Positions 1 through 9,024 of a stretch of 64,000 nucleotides of DNA are shown here, piece by piece. The notes under the pieces were generated by a model. That model did no database searches and had not been told where the DNA came from. It saw only the letters and a program-made list of their open reading frames with translations. Within the stretch, counting starts at the first letter, position 1, and each line of letters begins with the position of its first letter. The DNA lies in IMG/VR virus record IMGVR_UViG_3300025413_001239; one strand, written 5' to 3'. Both the position numbers and the translations under genes were made by a program. This stretch comes from a virus. Lineage: Duplodnaviria; Caudoviricetes.

Positions 1-38
1 AACGATGAGTGGTTTACACACGATTACAATTACTGGAA

Positions 39-761
39 ATGAAATATAAAGCTATTATAGTATCTGATTTACACTTAGGTACAAAGGATTCTAAGGCCAA
101 GGAATTTATTGACTTTTTAGATACACATCAAACTGATTTACTAATACTTAATGGTGATATTGTTGATGGTTGGGCTTTAAATAGAGGTGCTAAATGGAGA
201 AAACAACATACAAAGGTTGTATCAAAGATTCTTAAACTCTCCAATAAAACAAAAATAATTTGGATAAGAGGTAACCACGATGAATTTCTTACAGAATTTA
301 TTGGTTCTAGTTTTGGAAATATAGAAATTCGTGAAGATTATAAATTACAATTAGGAGAATTAAGTTATTACGTATTTCATGGTGACGTTATTGATGTATT
401 CATAACAAAGTATAAGTGGCTTGCAAAATTAGGTTCTATTGGTTATGATTTAGCCTTATGGGTTAATAGACTTTATAATCGTTATAGGAAGCTTAGGAAA
501 TTACCATATCAATCAATATCACAGGATATAAAAGCTAAAGTTAAAGCAGCAACTAATTACATTAACGATTTTGAAACCGCTGCAATTAAGTTAGCAAATC
601 AGCATGGTTGTCAAGGAGCAATATGTGGGCATATTCATCAACCAGCAAATACGTTAGTTTCGAACGCACATTATTTAAACTCTGGTGATTGGGTTGAGAA
701 TAGAACCGCAATCATTTTGGATTCTGAAAATACCTTCACTTTATTTACATTCAAAGAATAA
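39..761 (+). CDS. Calcineurin-like metallophosphoesterase (LpxH / UDP-2,3-diacylglucosamine hydrolase-like)
   Basis: Motifs SDLHLG, GDIVD, GNHD, HGD, GHIH in the canonical order. ATG at 39 preferred over the GTG at 9. Confidence 0.85.
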   Translation: MKYKAIIVSDLHLGTKDSKAKEFIDFLDTHQTDLLILNGDIVDGWALNRGAKWRKQHTKVVSKILKLSNKTKIIWIRGNHDEFLTEFIGSSFGNIEIREDYKLQLGELSYYVFHGDVIDVFITKYKWLAKLGSIGYDLALWVNRLYNRYRKLRKLPYQSISQDIKAKVKAATNYINDFETAAIKLANQHGCQGAICGHIHQPANTLVSNAHYLNSGDWVENRTAIILDSENTFTLFTFKE

Positions 762-828
762 AAAAATTTTCTAAAAAATGGTGGAATTAAGTGTGTAGTT
801 GAATAACTCTATAAAGCTAAAATAAATT

Positions 829-857
829 AAAAGCACCATTTTTTGGTGCTTTTTTTA
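829..857 (+). terminator. Rho-independent terminator
   Basis: AAAGCACCA-tttt-TGGTGCTTT hairpin followed by a T run. Confidence 0.8.
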
Positions 858-865
858 TTTTGTTG

Positions 866-873
866 ATATTTAT
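866..873 (+). promoter_or_regulatory. Recurrent ATATTTAT upstream motif, putative late promoter (representative copy)
   Basis: Same 8-mer on the coding strand upstream of 14 genes. Plus strand: 866, 1158, 6944, 13385, 15305, 16057, 19569, 32952. Minus strand: 24071, 28213, 35013, 51329, 58203, 63009. Confidence 0.7.
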
Positions 874-888
874 AATAAAACATAGATT

Positions 889-1140
889 ATGCCATTATTA
901 AATGATATACATTCGATTATTGTACCAGCATCACAAGCAAATTTTTCAGCACATTCATATACTGAAATTTATTCTGGTAACGGTGACTGGACTTACATAA
1001 ATGGGTCTGGCCCAATATTCTTGGGTGGTGGTTCATCGGTTAAAGTTAAATTAGGTAGTTACAGTGCTGCAACATCAAATACGCTTTCCTTTATGGGTGA
1101 AAATGTTAATAACAGAACGGATGGTCCAATATTCTTATAA
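889..1140 (+). CDS. Hypothetical protein
   Basis: 83-aa ORF preceded by a terminator and the ATATTTAT motif. Confidence 0.65.
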   Translation: MPLLNDIHSIIVPASQANFSAHSYTEIYSGNGDWTYINGSGPIFLGGGSSVKVKLGSYSAATSNTLSFMGENVNNRTDGPIFL

Positions 1141-1181
1141 TATTTGGATTTAAGCTAATATTTATTTAAAAACAAAAACAT

Positions 1182-2147
1182 ATGCAAAATAGAATAGTAC
1201 CAGTTGGCCTTAAGGGTAAAGAAATAACTGAACGTATGATACAATTAATGGGTATTACACCTATTAATGAAAACAGAAAAACTTCTGTTGTTGAATTAAC
1301 AAAAAAAGGACCAGATGGTAAAATTTATGGTATCGTAAGAGAAAACCATGAATATTATATCAAAACAACAAATAAGACTAAAGACCTTGTTGTTGAGGAT
1401 TTTACATACATTGGTGGTCTTAAGAATAAAAAATCTGAAGCTTATAGTTCATATGCTAAGGCTATTAAGCAATTAAATCTTAAATTTAAGAGTCTTAATG
1501 AAGCTTACGGTGTATCTGAAAATATTAATGTATTTGAAAGTGATAGACTTCTTAAAGAAGATGTTGCTGGTTTTTATCAACCAACGGGTTCTGGATTTTC
1601 AAATGAAGGAAATATGGAAGGTCATAATATGAGTGAATGTTGCGGTGCACCAATGATGGAAGGTATGTGTTCAGAATGTGGTGGTACAGGTATGTATAAT
1701 GGCATGGGTGGTATGGAAGAAGAATCTATGAAAATGGATGAATTTGACAAGCCAACTATGGATAAATTTAAAGACCAATATGGTGATAAAAGAGGTCAAG
1801 CAGTTTACTACGCTACAGCTAATAAGCAAGACCGTGACCCAGAAACATTTGAAAAGAATGAAGGCTTCGGTATGGAAGATGAAGGTTGGGGTATGGAAGA
1901 AGGTTATGACTTAGATGAAGTTAATCAAGCAGTTCAAGATATGATGGATGAAGAAGAAGAAATGTCAGCAAAAGATAAAGAATTTGCGGCTTTAGCTAAA
2001 CCATACGATAAGATTACATATGCTGATAAGATTGCTGGTGCAAAAATGCATGAAAACAAATTATCGATAGCTAGGTCTATTGAACAAATGGATGATATTA
2101 TTGACTATGTTTTGGGTGGTAAAAAAAAAGTCTATACGTTAAAATAA
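1182..2147 (+). CDS. Acidic hypothetical protein, candidate prohead core component; probably extended by frameshifting
   Basis: 321-aa ORF with upstream motif, D/E/M-rich C-terminal half, ends GGKKKVYTLK over an A9 run. Confidence 0.75.
   Translation: MQNRIVPVGLKGKEITERMIQLMGITPINENRKTSVVELTKKGPDGKIYGIVRENHEYYIKTTNKTKDLVVEDFTYIGGLKNKKSEAYSSYAKAIKQLNLKFKSLNEAYGVSENINVFESDRLLKEDVAGFYQPTGSGFSNEGNMEGHNMSECCGAPMMEGMCSECGGTGMYNGMGGMEEESMKMDEFDKPTMDKFKDQYGDKRGQAVYYATANKQDRDPETFEKNEGFGMEDEGWGMEEGYDLDEVNQAVQDMMDEEEEMSAKDKEFAALAKPYDKITYADKIAGAKMHENKLSIARSIEQMDDIIDYVLGGKKKVYTLK
2121..2130 (+). other. Slippery A9G site (candidate -1 frameshift or transcriptional slippage)
   Basis: AAAAAAAAAG at 2121-2130. 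The -1 frame opens at 2123, directly after a TAA, and stays open to 3115. Confidence 0.6.
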
Positions 2148-3115
2148 ACGAAACAAAATATAAGTTGAAGTTGGGTGGGTCTAAGCCTACCCAAACTCCA
2201 GCTAAAGAATCCCCAATGCCATCAACCGATGATTTAGATTTCGGTGGTGATACTGAAGAAACTCCTGAAGAAACCCCAGAAGAGACTCCAGACCAAACTC
2301 CAGACGCAGCATCCTCTACTGCACCAGAAAAATCTCAAGCACCAAATCCTTTAGACAAAGAACCATTTGACGCTGGTGTTGAGGCTGATGAAGAATCAGA
2401 CCCCAAAAAATACATTGAACAATTAACTGGAAAGTTAGGTCAATCCCTAAGAACTTACACAAAAGACCAAGGTCAACCAGATTTCGAATTAGAGAAATTT
2501 GCGATTAATTCCTTGCTATCCGCAACTCATACCGCTGAAATGGATGATGAAGATAAAAAAGACATCATTAAAAAAGTTGAATCATCTGGAAAAGGTGATG
2601 ATTTTCAATCAGATGAGGAACCAGCTGAAGAACCATCTGAGGAATCTTCTGAAGATGATGATGATGATAATAACATGTTTGAAGATTTAATGGTTTATGA
2701 AAATGAAAACTTTATGTTGGCTAATCCTAAAAAAAATAATATGTTTCAAGAAGGTTCTAACGATATATTAGATGAAACATGTTGGAAGGGTTATAAGCAA
2801 GTTGGTATGAAGGACAAGAATGGTAAAAAAGTTCCTAATTGTATTAAAGAAAGTGAATCATTAAGTGAAAATGATGATAGATGTACTAGAATTGCTAAAA
2901 GAAAATATGATGTTTGGCCATCAGCTTATGCATCAGGTGCTGTTGTAAAGTGTAGACAAGGAAAAATTTGGAAAAACGTTGATGAAAATTACTTAGATGA
3001 GTTGGATAGTTTAAAAGAAAAATGGTCAGCAAAATATAAAAAAAGCATAGATTGTAATAACCCAAAAGGCTTTAGCCAAAGAGCACATTGTCAAGGTAAG
3101 AAAAAAAATGATTAA
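2123..3115 (+). CDS. Acidic plus Cys-module protein; likely the -1 frame extension of 1182..2147
   Basis: Frame is open from 2123 (KKSLYVKINETKYKLKLGG). The ORF-track start is only a TTG at 2165. C-terminal modules CWKGY...PNC, CTRIAKRKY...VKC, KWSAKYKKSIDC...AHC. Confidence 0.7.
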   Translation, partial: KKSLYVKINETKYKLKLGGSKPTQTPAKESPMPSTDDLDFGGDTEETPEETPEETPDQTPDAASSTAPEKSQAPNPLDKEPFDAGVEADEESDPKKYIEQLTGKLGQSLRTYTKDQGQPDFELEKFAINSLLSATHTAEMDDEDKKDIIKKVESSGKGDDFQSDEEPAEEPSEESSEDDDDDNNMFEDLMVYENENFMLANPKKNNMFQEGSNDILDETCWKGYKQVGMKDKNGKKVPNCIKESESLSENDDRCTRIAKRKYDVWPSAYASGAVVKCRQGKIWKNVDENYLDELDSLKEKWSAKYKKSIDCNNPKGFSQRAHCQGKKKND

Positions 3116-4229
3116 TATGAATGAGGTGAATAAAACTGATTTTTCAAAAGAGAAATCACAAGGATTACATGGTTGGTTTGCTAGACAAGGTGGTTCTGGC
3201 AAATCTAAAGGATGGGTTGATTGTAATACATGTAGAAAAGACCCAGAAACTGGTAAAAAAAAGTGTAAATCATGTGGTAGAAAATCTGGCGAAGAACGTT
3301 CAAAATATCCAGCATGTAGACCAACTCCGTCTGCTTGTGGTACAAGCGGTAAGGGTGAAAAATGGGGTAAAAAAACTAATAATGAATCTAAAAATCAAAA
3401 CACAATGAAAGATTTAAAAACAAAAAATCTAACCAAAATTTCTGAGGGAAATATGGGTGAAAGTAATAACTACATGTTCTTTAACAATCTTAAAACAATA
3501 CATGAATCTATTACTAATTTATTAAAAATGGACCAATCAGCGGTTGATGAAATTTTATCTGATGGTCATGGTTGGGCTTTGGACCACATGGCAACGTCTG
3601 CCGATGATATTGAAGAAGTTTACCATTTTTTAAGTGCTACATTAAGTGGTCAGGATGGTTATAACGGTAACACACCTGATGGTTACAATGATGAATATGG
3701 TTCTGTTGAACTAGTAAACATGAATGAAGCTGAATATAAGGGTAAAGAAGTTAGTCTTGGTAAGCCTTCACATGGTGACGTTAAGAAGTTTAAAGTTTAT
3801 GTTAAAAACGATAAGGGTAATGTTGTTAAGGTTAACTTTGGTGACCCTAACATGGAAATCAAGAGAGATAATCCAGAAAGAAGAAAATCGTTTAGAGCTA
3901 GACATAAGTGTAGCCAAGCGCATGATAGAACAACACCTAAATACTGGTCTTGTAAAATGTGGTCAAGTAAACCAGTTTCTGATATTGTTGGTGAGAATTT
4001 GACTCAATCAAAAAAAAGTGGTATATTTGCAGATATGATTAAAAATAAATTAACAGAAGCATTTAACCCTGAAAGTATGGCAGAACCGTTTATTGAACCA
4101 CCAGTTGTTAAACCTGAAACAAAACCTAGTGTTAAACCTAACGAAACACCTAAACCAAAAAGAAGAGATGCACCATTTTTACCGAATGTTGCACCAGGTG
4201 TACAACCACAACCAAAAGCTAAAAAATAA
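3108..4229 (+). CDS. Modular Cys-rich basic hypothetical protein, candidate internal head polyprotein
   Basis: 373 aa. Modules GLHGWF...WVDCNTC...KYPACRPT and EAEYKG...RRKSFRARHKC...YWSCKMW; Pro-rich tail. Confidence 0.75.
   Translation: MINMNEVNKTDFSKEKSQGLHGWFARQGGSGKSKGWVDCNTCRKDPETGKKKCKSCGRKSGEERSKYPACRPTPSACGTSGKGEKWGKKTNNESKNQNTMKDLKTKNLTKISEGNMGESNNYMFFNNLKTIHESITNLLKMDQSAVDEILSDGHGWALDHMATSADDIEEVYHFLSATLSGQDGYNGNTPDGYNDEYGSVELVNMNEAEYKGKEVSLGKPSHGDVKKFKVYVKNDKGNVVKVNFGDPNMEIKRDNPERRKSFRARHKCSQAHDRTTPKYWSCKMWSSKPVSDIVGENLTQSKKSGIFADMIKNKLTEAFNPESMAEPFIEPPVVKPETKPSVKPNETPKPKRRDAPFLPNVAPGVQPQPKAKK
3998..4029 (+). promoter_or_regulatory. Bacteroidota sigma-A-type promoter inside a CDS
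   Basis: TTTG (3998-4001), 20-nt spacer, TATATTTG (4022-4029); in-frame ATG at 4035. Confidence 0.55.
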
Positions 4230-4639
4230 TGAAAGATTTATTTTTGATATATATTAATCATGTTGGGAAAGATTATAAGGGTAATTACATTTACGAATTT
4301 ATTTTTTCTGATTCAACTGATAATGTTGATGGTGATGATTGGGATACATTTCCAGCATCTGGTCGTCCAGAACCACCAAATGAGGTATGTATTAAGAGTG
4401 TTGGAAAGTTAGAATCTGAATTATTTTTAGATGTTGTTCAAAATAGTGATACCTTTGCTGTGTGGGACGCTGTTGACGGTGTTATAGCATTAGCTTGGGA
4501 GAATATAAATTCATATGATTCTTATCCAGAACATAGATTATCATTTAGATTTGGTGAAACAAAAGAAGAAGTTGAATCCAAGCTATATGAAAAAGACCTA
4601 ATACTTACATATAATACTGTAAAAAATGAAAAAAAATAA
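4229..4639 (+). CDS. Hypothetical protein
   Basis: 136-aa ORF whose start overlaps the upstream stop codon. Confidence 0.75.
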   Translation: MKDLFLIYINHVGKDYKGNYIYEFIFSDSTDNVDGDDWDTFPASGRPEPPNEVCIKSVGKLESELFLDVVQNSDTFAVWDAVDGVIALAWENINSYDSYPEHRLSFRFGETKEEVESKLYEKDLILTYNTVKNEKK

Positions 4640-5690
4640 ATTAAAAGAAGGTGCTTTAAATACTGGTATTCAAAGTTACCAAACAAGTTCGGTACAACAA
4701 ACTTCATCATCAAGTGGTAAAAGACCAACCGTAAATATTAAAAAGAATGATTTAAAAACAGTTATCCCACAACTTAAAGGTGACGATATTAATGTTAACG
4801 TTGTTGAGGGTGCTGAAAAACCTAAAAAATACCAATACATATCAGATATTATCGATGAAAACGGTGAATTATCTAAGCCATTTACAATTAACGGTAAAAA
4901 CTATCAAATGGTTAGAGCTTTAAGTCCTAAAAATGAAAAAGTTCTTGGGGTTTATTCATTGGATGAAGTTGATGGGGATGGTGACAATGTTATTCACGAT
5001 GTTAATGAATTTGAAAAAGCACTTAATAAAAAACAATTTCAAAATGAGGAAGGTGTTGTTGAACCAGATGGTCCTGAAATGGATACATTAAATCCAATTG
5101 AATCGGTGGATGAGGAAGCTAAAACAGAGCATCCAAGTTTTGCTGGTCACAAGCATTTTATTGTGAATAAAAAAACTGGTAAAGCTAGAAAGTTTAAAGA
5201 CATTTCTGAATTGGCAAAGGCTCAAATGACACCAGATGAACAATACATGGGTATTAGAGAATTTAAAAAATATGTTGATGAAACTCTTTTTGGTGCTGGT
5301 AGAAAACAAAATGTTGATGAAGTAGCACCTACTGGTGAGGAAAGTGAAGAAGAAATGAGTGTTAAGGCTAAAAAACTTATGAACCTTATTGAAAAAAGAG
5401 TTCCTGCTGGTATATTTAAAACAATTAGAACTCCAGTGGCACAAAGACAAGTTATTGCTGCTTTTGCTGAAATGATTGGTGTACCAAGAGCTGGCCTTAG
5501 TAATCTTATTGCTGGTCTTAAGGATTTAGCACATAATAATATGGCTGGTACTGCTAGTAATCCAGTTAAGGCTCAAAAACAACAAGCTGCTGCAACTCCA
5601 GCTGCCCCAGAAACACAAGCAACTGGTGCAATACAAGAAAGTAAAAAAAGTATTAAGGTTAAAAATGTTAAAATATTAAAAAATGGGTAG
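4626..5690 (+). CDS. Hypothetical protein (head module)
   Basis: 354-aa ORF overlapping both neighbours; Ala/Gln/Pro linker near the C-terminus. Confidence 0.75.
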   Translation: MKKNKLKEGALNTGIQSYQTSSVQQTSSSSGKRPTVNIKKNDLKTVIPQLKGDDINVNVVEGAEKPKKYQYISDIIDENGELSKPFTINGKNYQMVRALSPKNEKVLGVYSLDEVDGDGDNVIHDVNEFEKALNKKQFQNEEGVVEPDGPEMDTLNPIESVDEEAKTEHPSFAGHKHFIVNKKTGKARKFKDISELAKAQMTPDEQYMGIREFKKYVDETLFGAGRKQNVDEVAPTGEESEEEMSVKAKKLMNLIEKRVPAGIFKTIRTPVAQRQVIAAFAEMIGVPRAGLSNLIAGLKDLAHNNMAGTASNPVKAQKQQAAATPAAPETQATGAIQESKKSIKVKNVKILKNG

Positions 5691-6885
5691 TTATAAAAGT
5701 TTAGTTGAGAAAGCCTTGGCCAAGAATGTAAAAATTCAATCCGAAAAAACGTTAAATGAAGGTATTTTATATCCAGAAGGATTAAGTGAAAGAATGCATC
5801 CAGAACTTGAAGAGGATTTAAGGTTGCAAAGACATTCTTTGGGTAAGCATCCAGCTATTCCAGAAGGTGATGAAAATTCATTTGAGCAAAAGATTATGGG
5901 TGAACGTTTTACTGAGGTAGCTAACAGATACAAAAGAGCCTTTGATGTTGATTCTATTGATAAAAACAAACTAATGCGTGAAATGATGCCAATGGTTATG
6001 GAATGTATGCAATTAGAATCTAAAAACAAAAAAGAACTTCAAGATTTGGCCATAAAGATGATTAGAGAAGAATATGACATGGGTGAAGATGTTGTTGAAA
6101 TCGTTGCTGAATTAACACCACAAATTTCCTTAGAAGGTGCAAATAAGAATCCAAAACCAATGCCTGTTGAGGGTATGGAATTTGATTCGCATGACCATAT
6201 TGAGAATGCTAATCAAGAGGTTTATAAGAGAAGACTTTTGAATGCAATGACACAAGGTGCGGCAAAAAAATGTAACCATATGTTTCACATGGTTGATGAT
6301 GAGCTGACAAATATTAATCCAAAATTACCTAACAGATACGCTAAAATGATGGCGGCTGCTGATTATATGTATTATGTAATACCTAAATTAGATAATGGAA
6401 TTAGTGGTGGTGTTGTTAAAGTAGAATTTCCAACTAAGGATAATCCAAAAGCTAAAATACATGCTCAAGCAATGGTATTTCCAGTTTTAATACATGAGAT
6501 TGTTAAGGGTGTAATGGAATTATTATCAGCACATGGTTTACCAAAGGATAAAAAACTAGCTAAATTTGTATTAAATAAAGCAGATTTTCTAGCAGCTGAA
6601 CCATGGGATATGCGACTTGGTCCTGCTATATGGAGTAAGTTTACTGATGCCATAGATGTTGATGATTTCAATTTAAAACATCATATTTATAGTGATTTAG
6701 CTAAACTTCCAGCAAAAGAATTGCACAATAATATGCGAGAAATAATGGCTGGAACGAAAAAGGGCAAGAAGATAATTAAGGATATTGTTGATGCTGTTAG
6801 AAAAGATATACAGTTAGATGAATACGGTGAAGCGATGGGTAATAATGAAGACAACGATGATTTTGATATTGAAGAATTTCTATAA
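5683..6885 (+). CDS. Hypothetical protein upstream of terminase
   Basis: 400-aa ORF with coding-like composition, followed by a terminator. Confidence 0.8.
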   Translation: MGSYKSLVEKALAKNVKIQSEKTLNEGILYPEGLSERMHPELEEDLRLQRHSLGKHPAIPEGDENSFEQKIMGERFTEVANRYKRAFDVDSIDKNKLMREMMPMVMECMQLESKNKKELQDLAIKMIREEYDMGEDVVEIVAELTPQISLEGANKNPKPMPVEGMEFDSHDHIENANQEVYKRRLLNAMTQGAAKKCNHMFHMVDDELTNINPKLPNRYAKMMAAADYMYYVIPKLDNGISGGVVKVEFPTKDNPKAKIHAQAMVFPVLIHEIVKGVMELLSAHGLPKDKKLAKFVLNKADFLAAEPWDMRLGPAIWSKFTDAIDVDDFNLKHHIYSDLAKLPAKELHNNMREIMAGTKKGKKIIKDIVDAVRKDIQLDEYGEAMGNNEDNDDFDIEEFL

Positions 6886-6889
6886 AATT

Positions 6890-6916
6890 AAGGCACTCAA
6901 TTTGAGTGCTTTTTTG
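6890..6916 (+). terminator. Rho-independent terminator
   Basis: GCACTCA / TGAGTGC stem followed by a T run. Confidence 0.7.
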
Positions 6917-6955
6917 TTTTAAGGAATTTTATTATCTATCAGCATATTTATAGGT

Positions 6956-8731
6956 ATGCTTACAAAACAAGAAATATTGTTTGAATATGGGAAATGTTTA
7001 TCAAATCCAATCTATGCTATCGAAACATACTTAGAAACATTCGATAAAACTAGAGAGGGATTTGTTCAATTTAAGTTATTCCCAAGACAAAAAGAAATTA
7101 TTCAATGTTACCAAAAACATAGGTTTAATCTTGTAACTAAACCAAGACAAGCTGGGGTTTCTACAACTACAGCTGCTTATATGTCAATTAAAGTTGGTTT
7201 TGCTGATGAAGATAATCCAGAGGCTATTTTGATTGTTGCAAATAAACAAGAGTTGGCTTTTGAATTCTTAGCTAAAATTAAGGACTTTTTATCACAGTTA
7301 CCTAGATGGGTTTGGGGCTCTGAGTATTACGGTACTAATAAAGCTGAATCTAAGGATATATTCAGTATAAATTCAAAGGGTGAAATTAAATTACCTAATG
7401 GTAGTCGTGTTAAAGCGGTTGCCACATCTAAGGATGCACTTCGTGGTTTTACTCCTACTTATCTTATTATGGATGAGGCTGCATATATTGATAATGGTGC
7501 TGTAGTTTTTGGTGCTGCGTTAACCGCTTTAGGTACTGGTGGTAAAGCAACACTTATTTCAACACCTAACGGTATGGATAAATTGTACTATGAAACATAT
7601 GCACAATCTAAAGCTGGTAAAAATAACTTTAATATCGTTGAAATGAAATGGTATGAGGATTTAAGGTATAATAAGGACCTTAGATGGCTTAAAGATGATA
7701 ATGTTGAATATGAAATTGAATACACATTTGATTCATATAAATTCATGATTTCTCAAGGTTATAAACCAACATCTTCATGGTATGAGGAAATGTGTCGTGG
7801 TATGAATAACGATGCGAGAATGATTGCTCAAGAACTTGATGTATCCTTTATTGGTTCTGGGGGTAATGTAATCAGTGAGGAAGATATTCAAGCACAAGAA
7901 TTACTTAACGTTAAGGACCCAGAATTCTATGGTAATGATAAGGATATATGGATATGGAAAAAACCAGAAGAAGGACATCAGTATATAATGGGTGTCGATG
8001 TATCTAGAGGTGACGGTGAGGACTCATCAACAATGATAATTTATGATTTCACAGCTATGGAACAAGTTGTTGAATATCAAGGTAAAATACGACCAGACCT
8101 TTTAGCACAATTGGTGGAAGAATATGGTGATTTATACAAGGCTTATACTGTCGTGGATATTACTGGTGGTATGGGTGTAACAACTGTTTTAAAATTAATT
8201 GAATTTGATTACAAGCGTTTGCATTACGATACACCTAATGGTAAGATACTTTCAAATAAGAAAAAGCAAATGGAAGCTTATATGAAAGATGATAAAACAC
8301 CAGGTCTACAAGTATCCACCATACGTCTTGCAATGATTGCAAATTTTGAAGAGAAGATTAGGAACAACATCGTTAAAATTAGGTCTATAAGGCTTATTAA
8401 CGAGATGAAAACGTTTGTGTATAAGAATGGTCGTCCAGACCACATGGATGGTTACCACGATGATTTAATTATGGCTTTGGCCATGTGTCTTTGGGTTCTT
8501 GAACATTCATTTAAAAACTTAGAAAAACTTGAAAAACAAACTAAGGCTATGCTTAATAGTTGGGTTGGTAGTTCTAGTAGTGATAATGCTGATGTTAAAG
8601 GAAGCGGATTTGTTTCACAAGCATCAAGAAATAAGGCGGCAATGCCAAAACCTAAATTTAGCCCAGTAGTTGCAAAGAATATGCAAGACCCAACAGGTCA
8701 ATACATGTGGTTATTTAGTGGTACAAAATAA
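6956..8731 (+). CDS. terL: Terminase large subunit (T4 gp17-like)
   Basis: Walker A KPRQAGVST, Walker B LIMDEAA, coupling motif ISTPNG, nuclease motif GVDVSRGDGED, C-terminal HDDL. Confidence 0.95.
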   Translation: MLTKQEILFEYGKCLSNPIYAIETYLETFDKTREGFVQFKLFPRQKEIIQCYQKHRFNLVTKPRQAGVSTTTAAYMSIKVGFADEDNPEAILIVANKQELAFEFLAKIKDFLSQLPRWVWGSEYYGTNKAESKDIFSINSKGEIKLPNGSRVKAVATSKDALRGFTPTYLIMDEAAYIDNGAVVFGAALTALGTGGKATLISTPNGMDKLYYETYAQSKAGKNNFNIVEMKWYEDLRYNKDLRWLKDDNVEYEIEYTFDSYKFMISQGYKPTSSWYEEMCRGMNNDARMIAQELDVSFIGSGGNVISEEDIQAQELLNVKDPEFYGNDKDIWIWKKPEEGHQYIMGVDVSRGDGEDSSTMIIYDFTAMEQVVEYQGKIRPDLLAQLVEEYGDLYKAYTVVDITGGMGVTTVLKLIEFDYKRLHYDTPNGKILSNKKKQMEAYMKDDKTPGLQVSTIRLAMIANFEEKIRNNIVKIRSIRLINEMKTFVYKNGRPDHMDGYHDDLIMALAMCLWVLEHSFKNLEKLEKQTKAMLNSWVGSSSSDNADVKGSGFVSQASRNKAAMPKPKFSPVVAKNMQDPTGQYMWLFSGTK

Positions 8732-8737
8732 TTTATT

Positions 8738-8980
8738 ATGAAAGCATTAGGTAAATACGGAATTAAGGGTTATACACCAATTTTATATACTTGGTCACCA
8801 GATAAAACAAAAATAAAAAATACGAATAAAATAGTAACTAGTCCACCACCAAGTTATTGTACAGCTGTTGCTGGTTCACAAGGTGAGGATTATAAAACAA
8901 CATATGTTTACAATATAATATTAAATTCAAAAAATATATTTGAGAGACTTGCATACGTAGAGTGCGATTATGTGGAGTAA
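8738..8980 (+). CDS. Hypothetical protein
   Basis: 80-aa ORF between terminase and portal. Confidence 0.6.
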   Translation: MKALGKYGIKGYTPILYTWSPDKTKIKNTNKIVTSPPPSYCTAVAGSQGEDYKTTYVYNIILNSKNIFERLAYVECDYVE

Positions 8981-9024
8981 CTATTTATTTTACAAATAAA
9001 AATCATATGTTTTAAAAAAAAATT

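Noticed and set aside
761-889. tRNA or other known ncRNA in intergenic gaps (also 16019-16114, 28209-28333)
   Set aside because: No cloverleaf or T-loop (GTTCGA) signature was seen; only terminator hairpins.
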